DNA of 64,000 nt from Auanema rhodensis (lineage: Eukaryota; Animalia; Nematoda): contig OZ059896.1 in assembly GCA_964057225.1 (NCBI GenBank), positions 9,610,001-9,674,000 on the forward strand. The letters are read 5' to 3'. How positions within the stretch are numbered: the first letter of the stretch is position 1; each line of letters begins with the position of its first letter. Made by a program: the position numbers and the translations under genes. Positions 15,090 to 29,200 of the stretch are shown in pieces. The notes beneath the pieces are model-generated. The model had not been told where the DNA came from. It made no database searches and saw only the letters and a list, made by a program, of their open reading frames with translations.

Positions 15090-17853
15090 CTATTTTGAAA
15101 TATTTTAAATTATATCTATTTGTATAGAATTTAGAAATAAAAACTTTTGTCTTCTTTCAAATATATATATATATATATATATATGTATAAAGATTCATAT
15201 ATTATGATTCTATTCATATATATTTAGATATATCACTAATCCTATCATTTTCTAGTATTAAGTCTTTTTGTTTTTCATATAATTTCAGTTTTATTTTTCA
15301 TCATAAAGAACACATATAATCAATCTTTTTCCATCTTCTTGATATTAGAAAAATAAATCCATGTCCCTTATAACAGTTCCTGTATATTCGTGGATACACA
15401 GAGACACAGAGACACTGCCTACCACACCGTTCGTTTAATCAAATCAACATCAAACTCAGTTTTCTGTTTGCTTACCTTCACTATATGAGATGCTTTTTCA
15501 ATTGCCTTTTGCTCTTTTGATTCTATTTATATAATTAACATGAGTAAATTTATAATATTTTGAATTGTAACTGGGAGATCTAACGAACATGAAGCTATTC
15601 GTGGGTGTTTCGTTTGTTGCCATCACCAAACTGATCTCGTGTCTGCTTTTGTCCACAAAACGCCGTTTAGAAAGCAACGTCAATCTTCATCCATTCGTTA
15701 TGTACTTTCTCTCTCTTTATTCTCTCCTTCATTTTCTTCGTCCCTTACTAGTTTTCAATCAGACTGTATACACCTCTTCCGTCGGTGACCTGCACACATT
15801 GCGAAAAGAGGTGTTTGAGTAAACATGCGAGCCGGAGAAAGGAATACGAGTAAGCACGGCGTCATTTTCTCCTTCTGCTCTTAACGTATTCATCATACAG
15901 CTCTTCGTCAGTGATTTTTTTTCTCGATTGAACTTGTCTTCCTCTACAATATACCGTTTTCTTCTAATTCACAGTCGCACCGTTATACATATACACATAG
16001 AATAAGAGAGAAAATGTGAAGAAAGAGGATGAACAGAATAAAGAACTAGAGAAAGGAAGAGCAGAAGAGAGTATGGGAGAAAAGAAATATACATATAGAG
16101 AGAAAGGGAGAGAGAGAGAGAGAGAGAAAATAAAAAAATAGAGAAAGAGCTACAAAGAGAGATCTATACAACCTAACAATTTTACCAAAGCATACAACAA
16201 ACTGTATATCGGCAATGAGGTGGACATTATATTTCATTCGTTTCATCATCAAAGTATTTTGAAAGTTTTCTATTTCACTTTTCAACCTACTAACATGTAC
16301 GTTCTTGTCAAAAAAACTTATATTTTTCATTTATTACATCATTTCAACTTACCCTTTTCATTACTATATTTAAAATGTATTTTTACTACATTGATTTCAT
16401 GTTATTGATTGAGTAAAGCAACAAATTTCTTTTTTTTTTGAGTTCGAGTTATCTTTTTGTTTTTTGATCTGTTGAATACAAAACATTTATATAATGAATA
16501 AAAAAAACAAATGACATTGATTTTGTTTTTATTTCTTAGATACTACAAGGCTCATCTGCTTGTTCATAAGATATTCTGATGATAATTCTTCATAATGTTT
16601 TCAAATATATCTTATATGCTGCTGTATAATTGTTTTTTTCTTAAATTATTCATTTTCAGATATGTATCTAAGTATTGGAGATCATTGATGTTTTCCTTCC
16701 AAATTTTGCAAGCGTAAGAATAATCTTCTAAATAGTTTTCTCATCTCACATTTCTTTTTTTTTTCTTTTCTGAATTCAAAATTTATAATTCGAACATTTA
16801 TATTTTATTTTTGAGAAACATATTTAGATAGTATTAGTATGCAGTCTTTGCATGTTCAGATTAGCAAATTTTCAAGAACATTTTGGATGAAAAATTGTCA
16901 AACATCTATTTATACTTTAGTATTCAATCTATATGTTCATAAATATAATTATATATATATATATATATATATAATTATATATATTTATTATTATTATTTT
17001 GCTATAATCAAACAAAACAAAATATGTTGCATCTAAACAAAGCAAATAATTGCAAAAGGTGAAAACGATATAGAAAAAATTGTAAAATTTGAGAAATCAT
17101 TTTCGTCTATTCTCTACTACTACTCCCCCCATTCTCTTCCCCGTTCTCTTAAATTATTTGAAAGGCAAAACCAAAACAACAACATTTTCAATAATAATAA
17201 TAATAAATTATTAAATTAATTTCAACATATTGATAGTAAATTGTCGTTTTGCTAGTTATCGTAATAGCAGAAAAAGGTAAGCAGAACAAATCAAAAATCA
17301 AAAATACTTTATGGATTAAAGTAGTGTATGTTAGTCATTTACTATGATGTTACAAGTACTTGCTATTTGAGTAGTTAACTTTAATATTCGTTGGACATGT
17401 TTAATTCGTCAATATCTTTTTTATATTTCTCATTTACTATCATTTATACATATATCTTCTTCACTTGTTTCTAGCTCATTTCCTCTCTTAAACTCTATAA
17501 TCCATTTTTAATCTAGAAACAAGAAAGTATATAACAAAAAAAAAGAAAGAAAAACTAAGAACTAAATGCCTTAACTATATATTCGTTTCGGTAATTTTCT
17601 TTTTTTTTTGTCTTCTCTTATTTTAAGACTATTTACAAGCCTACTGAAAAAGACTTTTGTTGCTAGGTGATAATTTTATTTATTTTAGAGATAAGCGTGA
17701 AATTAAAAAATTGTATGCTGAAGTAGCCTTAATATAGTTATAAAAGCTACATTAGTTATGTTAATATTTCTATTTCTAATAGATACTTCAAGATACGTTT
17801 TTAAAAGAAAATTTATATGCTTTTATTCTTAATCAAAGAATACTAATAATTCT

Positions 17854-17855
<2 letters not shown>

Positions 17856-17896
<41 letters not shown>
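17856..17896. repeat. (GA)n microsatellite
   Basis: Direct reading. Confidence 0.95.
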
Positions 17897-17900
<4 letters not shown>

Positions 17901-19287
17901 GTGTATCGTTGTATTGTTCATTATCTTGACTTGCATATACTATCAACAATATTGGGCAGTATATTTTTGTACTTTTCTGTAAAGTTTTTCTGATGATTCT
18001 TTTCAAATATTATATACTATTTATTCTTTATTTAAGTTCTCAATCTACAGTTTAAACTATATGATAACCTTTGAATCATCTGTATATCCGAGCAACAATA
18101 GCACACACACACATACACACACAACGATCAAAAATAGAACTTGATTTTGAATTAATTAAAATGAAACAATTTAAATTTCGAACTATTGCTATGATAGAGA
18201 TGATACTGATTACCTTTTTGATATTAATTGTATATTTTTTTTACTTTTTAAGTACAATAATGTAATATTTTTATTAAAAATTCATCATTTAATATTTTTT
18301 TATATTTTCTATACTCGTATTTCATCTTTAATTCTTACAATTTTAACAACAAAAAAAAATTTCAACATCAGGAACACTTGTGGTATGTTCTTTCATCTAA
18401 TACACTTTAGTTCGAACATCTTGTTCGCATGCCCAAACTAATTGAATTCGTAGACAACAACTACATTTTAAGTGATATACTGATGTATATAATGAATTGA
18501 AAAAAAAAATTAATTTTCCTTTATTATGTTATAGTCTAAGCACTTTCTGAGTCTATTTTTCAAATCATTTTTTGTCTTTTTTTTTGATTTAATACGTTGA
18601 TAAGGTAATGATTGGATGTTTTTTGTTTCTTAAAATTTATTTATTATGTTTCAATCGAACTAAATGCTTTTCAAACACTTCAAGCCGTTTTTTTCTTGTT
18701 CAATCAATTTGTTTTCTAATTTTTTTCTTTTTCAACTTTTCTTTTCCTAATTTATGATTCATTTATAGAATTTTTTAAAATATTTCTAGCATTTTCTATA
18801 TATTTCAATATTTAAAACTTCTACTATTCTTCTTTGATTCTTTCATATGAGCAGTCAAAAGAAAACTAATTATTCTATTTTTTGTTTAATATTATTAACA
18901 TAATTAAGATCAATTTTACAATTCATGATTACTCATTAGAACAAGTTTTAGTTTCTAATGAAGAATGTTCAATTGATTTTTTTATACATTTGAACATTAG
19001 AAAATATTGTTTTCTTCTAATTATCACCAATGTTATGATGATAATGAAGGCTTCAATTTATTACAAATTTCTAAATAATCTTTGTAAATGAATAAATTCC
19101 TTTTTTTTTCAGTTTAATGCTTACAACGTTTGTAGCTTGTGTCTATAAATTTTTCTCAAACTTTATTAAGCATTTTATCTGATTCTCTCATTATTATTTT
19201 GTCTTTCATACCTTCTGTTTCGGTCTTGTCTCTTTTTTTTCTTCTTGCTCTTCGTTTCATACTTCTCATTGGCTCTTTCGCTCTCCC

Positions 19288-19293
<6 letters not shown>

Positions 19294-19356
<63 letters not shown>
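19294..19356. repeat. (CT)n microsatellite
   Basis: Direct reading. Confidence 0.95.
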
Positions 19357-19359
<3 letters not shown>

Positions 19360-20047
19360 TTTTTTTCACCTCGTTTATACTTACATGAGAAAATAGATGT
19401 TCTCGTTTACTCGTTGAATGTTTCCAAGAAAATCTTTTCGATCATCTAGTATTCCGGTCAATGTTCATCTTTAGCCAACATAAGTACTATATAAAAATTC
19501 AGTATTATATATATATATTTCAAATATATATTATTTATAAATCATTTTTCTTTATAATACTCTATTTATACATATATTATCTAATACTAATTGTATATTG
19601 CATGTACGATCGTATTGTCGATCAAGTTATTTTTTATTTATTTTTTCATGATTTCTTTATGTTTTTTTCAATTTCTTTGCTCTTTTCTTACATTGCATGA
19701 TAAGTATAACTGAAGCTATTTCTATCATTTTTCTATTTTAACTATTCTTTGCTAATATTCTCTCTTGAGAATTTCAAATTGCAAAATCTGTACAGTAACA
19801 AAGTAACTTACTTGTTTTGTATTGTACATAGTTTTTTCTTAAATATCTATGAATACTAAATCATTTTAATATTTTAGAATTACCAATTTTTCATGAAAAT
19901 TTTGTTAATATTTTCATGCTTCTCAACTTTTTTCTTCAGAATATTTTTTATCTTAGTCTCCTTATTTCAAAAATATAAATATTCAAAACTAAAGACAAAT
20001 AACAGTGAAGATAGCTATGATTATTCATAAAGAATTAGAAACATCAA

Positions 20048-20120
20048 GCCCGGTTAGCTCAGTCGGTAGAGCACCAGACTCTTAATCTGGCTGTCGCGGG
20101 TTCGAGCCCCGCATCGGGCT
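20048..20120 (+). tRNA. tRNA-Lys (CTT)
   Basis: GCCCGGT/ATCGGGC acceptor stem, A box TAGCTCAGTCGG, anticodon arm CCAGA-CT-CTT-AA-TCTGG, T loop GGTTCGAGCC; 73 nt. Confidence 0.98.
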
Positions 20121-20127
20121 GGGAAAC

Positions 20128-20133
20128 TTTTTT
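20128..20133 (+). terminator. Pol III oligo-T terminator of tRNA-Lys
   Basis: T6 run 7 nt after the discriminator base. Confidence 0.75.
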
Positions 20134-23100
20134 CTTAATTAATAAAGAATATTTTTCTTTGTTTTAAATAATTAAACTTTCTTTTCGGTTTTTCAAATGC
20201 ACACATAGATATACACATCTCTACACTTCAATAAACTTTTGTGTTTGCCTACTACGCTGTTGGGCAGCAAAAAAAAAAGTCACGAATTCTGTGTGATTGG
20301 GTCTGGAAAGAAGATTTGTATAAATACTGTCGGGAGACAGTGAGAAATCTGAACAAAATTTGAAAGAAAAAAGGAACAATTATAAGATCTCAAAGAGGTT
20401 TCTCGTTTTTATCAGCTGTTCAATTTAACGAAGTACTTTTTTTATGATATAAACTCTTGATAAATACTTCATGATGTGATGAATGGCAATTCAATATCAA
20501 GCATATATCGTGAATGATGACAGACATGTCGTAAAAAATCAAGATTGAAAAGTATTACGGGAGCTGATTTTTGATCAATCGAAATATCGAGGAGGCTGTT
20601 GGAATAAGGATAACAAAAATGTTTCAATTAGACCTGAATACTTATGACCTTCGTGTCTCTAGGTAGCGAGAGAAAATGAAGTATTTTTTAATTATTCGAT
20701 TAACAATTTTAAACACATAAAATGAAAGTGTACAGCAGTTTTTCGAAGATGCTATCGTGTAATTCTGAAGTAAGTGTGAAAAGGAAGATTTTTAACAATA
20801 AATTTTATTAGTTGTATCAAATTTGAAAAAAAAAGTTCACAAATGAACATATAATTTTCATTATGAATATATTATTAATCTTGAGCGCTTAGAAACATTT
20901 TTTTTTTGAAATATGAAGTAGTACATCATGCATTTTGAACTAGTAGTCTATCCTACCCCACTCCCTATCTCTGTTTCTATATTCGGTCTTATATACATAC
21001 ATACACCAATACTTGAAAGAGTTCTTAACCTCGTTTTCCTTTTTTTTCTGAAAAGTTTCGAACATCTCTGATTATATTGTCAAATATTCAAAACTGGTTC
21101 GTGCCATTCAGGAATCTATCCAGAGAAATTATTTTTTTTGTGTGATAAATTTAGATTTCCTTCGTGTTCCTTTAGATAACACAACTATATCAATCTAAAA
21201 TATTTGTTGAAGTTTATTAGAAATGTACAAAAATTAAATTTCAGCAGCTTTGCAATGATCGAAAACGAAAATTGGTTCAGCTGCAAAACGTTTTATTCAT
21301 TAAAACATCGCCAACATAACTTTAGGTCATTTGAGGCAATTGCCTTGTCATATTAAGCGTTTTTCTACACGCAAAAGTGACAAGATAACCGCTGTCATGT
21401 CTATAAGTTTACTTTTTTATTTTATATATTATATATTTGAAATAGAGCTGAACCATTATACAACTTATGCAACAATTTTAAAATTGCTTTATAGATGCAC
21501 TGAAAGTTTTTGATCTGAACCTATTCATTTAAAATCTGATCGTACGCACCTAAAATCCTTCGTACAATCGGCTTTTCTTATTTTCTCACCTACTATTCGT
21601 GTTATTTTCTTATACTTTTTCTATTTCTGTCTCTCTCTCTCTCTCTTTCTCATCACACTGATTTCCTTGCTTTTTTCATCTTCCTTCCCATCTTGTTCTC
21701 TATCAATTTTTCTCGTATTTTTCTCTTTCTCTCTCATTGTCTTCATCTAATTTTCTTGTTAACCTTCCCTTTTCTAATATCTATATTCATCTCTCTTTCT
21801 CCCTTTTTCTCTCTCGCATCTCTTTTCTTTCTTAACAGACACCGACGCACACACATATACGTAGCCTGTTCTTACCATTCGGCTATTTTTTCGGTTACCC
21901 CCTTCTCGTTGATACTATCTGCCTTCCTCTCTTAGTTCTCAACATTTTTTCAAAAAATTTCTAGTTCTCTTCCATTTTGAATGCATGTCTATATTCAGTA
22001 TCTGAATAGTTTTACTCGTTCCCATATGCCCTCTTTCAGCTCCATATTCTTCTCCGTTCCCGATAATTATTTTCCTCATCCTCCTCTCTCTTTCTTCTTT
22101 TTCTCCAGTTCTCAGCCGAGTCCAGAATCCACTGATGCTCATTTGTGGTTCACAGCTTTTCTCTGCTTATTGAACCCTTTATTAATATTATCTACCTAAG
22201 TCAAGAAGCACCGACATCATCTCAGTTAACAGCCAAATAAATATATTATTCTTTTTAATTATATTTCATTGGATTTACTTATCTGTTTATCTATTCCATT
22301 TTTTTATTTCGCTGTTAAAAACAAGGATTTATCCTTTTTCGCTATCTTTTTCTCGTAATTTGTTGTAACTTCGGAGACAGCATATGAATTGAACAAGTCT
22401 TGACCAATCTAACCCCGACTCACTTGATCAGCATTTCAATTCAAATAATTGTTCATATAAAGATTGAACGGTATACAGACAAAATTAAGTAGAACATTCA
22501 TGTTTTAATCTTAATCTGTTTTTCTCTATTTTTATATTTTGCAAAAAGAAACTAATTATTCAAACATCTCTTGCTATTTCAATTTTTAATCATCTTTGGT
22601 TTCATAGCTAAACAGCATTTTGACTGAGCTTCTCTTGAATTTTTCTTCATTTTTTTCAAAATTATTAAATTATTTGTATAATTCTTTTAGTGTCTATTCA
22701 AATAAAGAAAATTTATAGTCCTGTCAAACTTCAAGGTTCGACCGAAAGATCGATAAAGCAAAGGTAGATGACAATCTTCAAAAAATGAACTTTTTTCTGT
22801 TTAAGCACACAAATCTAATTTATTATTTTGATTTTTCTTTCATTATAATAGATTTATTATTAATATTACTCTGACGTTTTCTCAGTTTTTGGTAACCCGG
22901 TTTGAGGCGCATTCGGTTTTTTTTCTGATTTTCTTTCTTTATCGAACCTAGTTCTTTGTATAGGTTATTTGAAATTAAATTATAAAATAGCAAATGAAAT
23001 GAAATCATTTGAAACAATCTGTTTTTTTCTTTTAAAATTCTTACGTTTTTTAATCCTTTTCTCAGTCATCCTTTGATTTTCTCTTATTCTTATATTTCTT

Positions 23101-25009
23101 TCACTTTGTGCTCTTTTCAAAAGTTCATTGGTTAAAATGCTGACGGTGAGATGTCTGCTCAGCTAGCTAGCTATATGCTCTATATAACGTTATGAACTTA
23201 ACTTCTCGAGACTATCACAGCTTACCACAGCAGCAAAATATATTTCTCAAAAGTCAACTACGCCAACAAATATTTTCATCTTTTTTGTTGCTCTAAATTT
23301 GACTCCTCGTTTCTAATATAATATATTTCTTTTTTTTTTGCTTTTCTCTACCCTTTAACAGCTTTCGCTCCTCCCCTCGCTCACTCTTTGCTTTTGCCTT
23401 GCTCTCAGTATGTGTTTGCTACATCATCGATTACTCCCGCACTTGTGCTAAACATCCCTCCTCAGCCAGGCAGCCTCAAGGAATCATGTGGAAGCAACTT
23501 CAACGAGCTTCGAACTTCTTTTAGCAGTCTGTTCTTTGTTGCCCTTTTTGATAGTTACTGCACTCATTCTACTCTGATAATATTTTCTATCAACTATATA
23601 CGATCACATTTTTTTTCTTCTTTTTTTTTTCTTCAAACATCTTCTGGTTTTTTTTACAAATTATCTCGTTTTCTTCAATTTCTTACATAAAATATAGATC
23701 TTTTTTAAAATAAAATATGACGTTATCTTATTCAGAGCAATATTGATTTTAATATTGGACGGGTAAGACATTTCTAAGACAACTTTTCTGACATACTACA
23801 TCATTTTCTTTATTATTAACCTACATTATAATTGAATGTTCAAGTTTCTGTGGCATTATCAATTTCCCATGTATTTTCACATATTTTAGTGATAAATGCA
23901 ACTGATTTATATATGACAACCTGGTTTAGTAAATTAGGAAATTTTGAGAGATAGAATGAAACAACGAGATAAAGAATATGACAAATGTTTAGACTAATAA
24001 TATGAAACATTATTTAATAAATAAATAGAAAAAAGATATATACATATAACTTTGTAACTATATGTATATATCGAATGAGAAAGAGTGATTGTTTTGCTAG
24101 CGAATAGTGGCTAACAAGAAAAATTAGCGGAAAAGGTGGCTTAAGAACAAGTGTCCTTTAATGTTAGTTTTTTGATAAATTGAAAAAAAACGATAATTTT
24201 TTTAGTAATTGTTATTCTCGTCAGATTACGTATTTTTCGATTGACTGACAAGGAACCATGAAATTTTTACGCAATATAAGACCTGATATCGTTTAAAACT
24301 TGAACAGAAAATCAACGTTCTATAAATATTTATCAATTACATGTGCATAGATCAGAGAGCAGGTGTGTGTGTGTGTGTGTGAATGTGATAAAAAACGTAA
24401 TTTTTATGAATTCAATCTGTTGATTATATGATAGATTTTACTAGCTTTTAGTAACTTTTTTAAAATTATTTTGCTTTTATCGTCGAAGTCAATGTTTACA
24501 CCATTTTACTTATATTTCTAGTCTTGCTTTCTACTTTTTTCTTTTATTCAACTTTTCAATTATTTTATAATAATTTTATAATACATATAGTATGACTATG
24601 ATATTGATCATTTATTGTGTTATCAATAAGTTTGAATGCTCAAACATGTCTTGTCCTCTGAAAGCCTCAAGCGACCACATAAGAATGAGAGAACAGAAAG
24701 AAACAAGAGATAAAAGAAAAAGACAGATTATAGGCTGTTTCTCTCTTCTTTTCAAATACTTCATTCTGATATGCCCTAGACAGTTGCTTCTCTATGTTCA
24801 GTGCAACGACAATGGTTTTTAAAGAAATAGTGAGAAACAAGCAGACTGAATGTGAGCTGAAGATATTAGAAATGTGGAAAAATATTTCAAAAAAATACCA
24901 AGAATTTCTTAGAGAATTAGGGAAAATACGTTAGAAGATATGAGGATCTTTGAGAGACAAGAAACTGAAGAATACGAAGAGACAGGGAAAAGATAATGAA
25001 AGATAGGCT

Positions 25010-25094
25010 TACACTCACGCTCACACTCACACACACATATACTCACTCACATACTGACACATACACACACACACACACACATACACATACACAC
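25010..25094. repeat. Imperfect (CA)n repeat
   Basis: Direct reading. Confidence 0.85.
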
Positions 25095-26237
25095 TGATAC
25101 ATACGTACGTACACAATCGTTCATTGTATTCACATTTTTAAAAAATGTTTTAAAATGCTCATTTGCTATAATACACGTGACATTTTAACGTATATTCAGA
25201 GAATATATTAATTTTTATACAAATATTTTTGAAAAAAAAACATAATTTTTATTCTTTACGAATAAAAAATTATAATAAAATTTATAAATATAACTATTTT
25301 TCTATCTACATACATATATTTCTACTTCTTCTAGTCGTCCTCCTGCCTTTACCCTCCTTTCCCCCCCCCCTCTCCACCCCCTCTTCCAAAGTTATGTTTC
25401 TATATGTATTTTCAGCATATGTATGAATGTATGTAAAAGTTATTGTGCATAGGAATAGAGAATAGAGCATAACAAAAAAAAGAAAGAAAAAGAAAAGTTA
25501 GTTCATCTTCTAAAATAAGGCTCTGAACATGTATAGAAATCATACTTACTCCATTGTGTGCACTTCAAACTATCAGAGCCCAGCTGAAGACTATGAGCGT
25601 GCTATAATGAACTCATTCTGTCTCTGAGATTATTGACTAGAAAAACGACAAAGTTGATGTTGTAGTTCAGAGTTGTGATGATGACGATCTTAGAAAAGCA
25701 GAAATGCTTCTTTATTTTTCCAGCTTTTCTTCCTCTTCTTCACATACTATTGCTTTTTGCTTATAATCTTAGCTCAATGTTGTGTTTTACTTATATATTT
25801 CATTATGTTGATATAATTATTCTACTGGCATGCACATGTATAATATATATTATATACTATATATACTATATATACTATATGCTATATGTTGAAGCAATGT
25901 CATCATATCTAGCATACATACATACATACATGTGTGCACATCAACTGAAAACATTTAACTAATATGTTCTTGTACTAAGTACATTTTCTATTTTTCTGAC
26001 GTTGAAAATCATGATCATATTTATCCTTACTTTTATTCTCTTTATTCATATTATAATCCATTAAATAAATATATATATATATATAAAAATTATATTAATA
26101 ATTGGTATTTTTCTTTTCTTCCTCTTCTTCTTCTTCGTCGTCATTTTATTATTTTTTTGTGTCTTCTTTGATTTTTGATTCTCTATATTCTTATGATTTT
26201 TCTTTGCAGATTAGACACTAACACAAATGTACGTCTA

Positions 26238-29200
26238 ATGAGCCGAATAGGCTTTTTCTTATTACTTCTACGCTTCACTTGGGCTTCACTTCCCATCCTC
26301 AATGCACAAGAATCGATATTATCAACAGCTAGCCCATTGTCATTATCATCTGTTACTCCAGAAGTGCCAATAACAACAAAGCCGAAAGGCTATCTAAAGA
26401 ACGCATCACCTTTGACTGATAATCATGAATCAGACCTTAGTTCAGTGTTTCATCCGGATTGTGCTGATCCGCATAATAAAGGTGTAGCATGTACAGCGCA
26501 TCAAGGTTAGCTTTAACAAATCAATATGAATGTATCATTCAATCAATATATAAGTTGTTTTTCATGATATATTCAATCAATATATCAGTAATATATTTAT
26601 TTTTCTGATTTTCAGTTGATTGCGATCTAGTTCAATCTAATGATTCAATTAGTTTTGATATTCCATCCGCTCCATTTGATTTGCGAATAGAGCCGTTAGC
26701 TAAGTCATCTGGAAGAGTTCAAGAGCAGAAACAGAAACATTTGCTACATGTTGATATTTCCTGGCAAATGCCTCCGAACGGTTAGTTATCATTCTCCTTT
26801 TTTTTGTTCAAATTGTATCACACAAGAGAAGGTTAGAACTGATTGATGTTAGAGCTATTTGATATAAAAGAAAAAAAAGGAAACAAATGGTAGGAATAGG
26901 AAAATGAAAAAAAAAGAAAAAGAAATAAAGGACTAATTAAGGTAAAGCAAGTTCAAGGTGAAACAATATGACATGTTTATTATATTAATACATACGTATA
27001 TCATATAAATATGTGTTTTTATGTAATATTTCATAGTCTATTGAAGGTTTTGTTGAAAAAAAAATTAAAAAAATTAACGATTTATCAGTAGTGTAATATA
27101 ACTGATATCTGTTTTATCTCTGAATCTAATCTCTATTTTTTTTTCAACATCATTTAAAACATTTCATTCACAAGAGATAAAGTATAAATTATTTTTGTTA
27201 ATATATATATATAAAATTCTTTTTAAATATCCTTTTATATAGAAGAAAATACAAAAAAACATGACAGTTTTGCCCATCGATGCCTAATGAATATTGCATA
27301 TAACATGCAGCTATAAAGCATATACTTCATAAACTTTCGTTTGATATTAGTCAAATCTTGTCCGCCTGATTTGTTTCGAATCGCGTATTCGAACTTTGAA
27401 CGCACGAGAACCCAATTTGTTATCCTTTCGATGTATGTACCACCAGTGGGCTTAGTTGCAGAACTAAGAAAGAAAAGAGAGCTGAATTAGAAATAAAAGG
27501 AAAAAAAATTGACGAAAAGTAATCAATTGCTGAAAATGAAAAGAGCGAGCGTATGTGAAGTAAAATGAGAAGAGAAAAAGAACTCCTTTTATAAATTTTT
27601 GTGGATGAGTTCAATGATGAAGACAAGGTTATTGGCTGAGCATTTCATGTGATCAGCATCTCACGAATAGCACATGTTGAAGGATTAGCTCTCAATGTTT
27701 ATAAAATAAAATTAAAAAAAAAAAAGAAAGAAATATTTCATATCAAAATATTATATTAAATTTTTATATATTTAGGCAATTCAACAAATCTACGATCATT
27801 CAAGCTCGAAATTCAGGGTCCAGAAAATCAGCGCAACTGCTTCACATTCAACGTTTCCGAGATTGAAGTCAGCGACGATTCCGCATCGGTAATCAGATGA
27901 TTCTTTTGAATTCATATACATACATATACACAAGATGTCGTCATTTAACATTAGACTTGATCTTGTCCGACAGAATAGATTAGCAGGCTGTCAACAGAAT
28001 TAGAAATCAGTTTACTTCACAGAATGATTAATCTGATAGATCATTTGTGGAAAAAAAAAGTTCAACATACAGTGATCAATATAATTATTATTTTATTTAT
28101 AATAGTTAGCTAATGATGACGACTGAATACAATTATGTGAAAAGAAAAACATTAGTTTCAAGTTGACTGATCATTGTTCCCTTGAAAAACAAATGATTTT
28201 TCAATACAAAGCAGAAAATTCGTTTTTCTTTTCGGAAGCACATTGCTTTCAGCTGCAATTTGGTGCATTTTGCTGTTACTGTCTTCGAAATGAAATATAT
28301 AAATAGAATCTATGAAATAAAATAAGAAAATGCTTTACATCATCTGTTTCAGCCACGTTTTCACTTCACGACTGATAGCCTATTTGATTTTCAAAAGACG
28401 TACACAATCAGGTTATCAACTTATCCACAATCTAATAGAGTTGGAAGCATCTCTAAGATTTTAACAATGCCAATTGATCCAGGTACTGTACATATTAACA
28501 ATTTAATTCAATTGTTTATATTGGGATTCGTACTTAAAAAATATTTTTCAGAATTGGAATTATCAGATCCAGAAAACATTACTCAATACTGTCGAGTACA
28601 TGGTAAGCATTAGAAAATTCAAAATTGTTTCGCTGAATTGCATCAGATCCTTTATCTATACGTTTTATTTGAATCGAATCGTTATTATAGAAGCGATTAT
28701 AAGTTAGGAAGCTAAAGTGGTCTCAACCAATGACGTCATATAATAGACTAGCTTCAAGCTTCCCTTTTCCGTTCACTCTCTTCTTTTTTCTTCATGTTTT
28801 CACAATTTTTCAGCTTTTTCAGCTCTCTATACACTCTCTTCTGTTTCTATCTTTTTCCTATATCTTTCTTTCTTTCCCTCTTGACTAACACTTAGGTAGA
28901 TCGATAGCATATAGCTAGTAGGCATGTATAGAAAATTGTTGCCTCAGGGGGGGACCAAACTTTCTCAAGAGTTTGTCTCTAGTACAAAAAGAAAAAAAAC
29001 ATAAAAGGGAACATTGAAATATTGAACAAAAAGCCCTCATCTCATTCTTAAATACTTCAAAAAACTACAAAATGTTTTAAATTTATTCGTCACATTCCTT
29101 TCACATAACCCAATTAGCATTTTGATTATTAATTCATAAATAAAAAATTTTCATTTCAGCTCCAACACCTGAAGCATCGAAATGGACTGCGGGATTCCGA

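Noticed and set aside
16164-16175. CTATACAACCTA, complementary to the let-7 3' half
   Set aside because: No seed match, no hairpin, and not in a UTR.
20476-20567. TGATGA...CTGA C/D-box-like words downstream of the tRNA
   Set aside because: Box spacing is atypical, and there is no terminal stem or recognisable rRNA guide.
23138-23235. TATCACAGC (miR-2-like 5' end) with partial upstream complement
   Set aside because: The ~60-nt loop is too large for a pre-miRNA, and the rest does not match miR-2.
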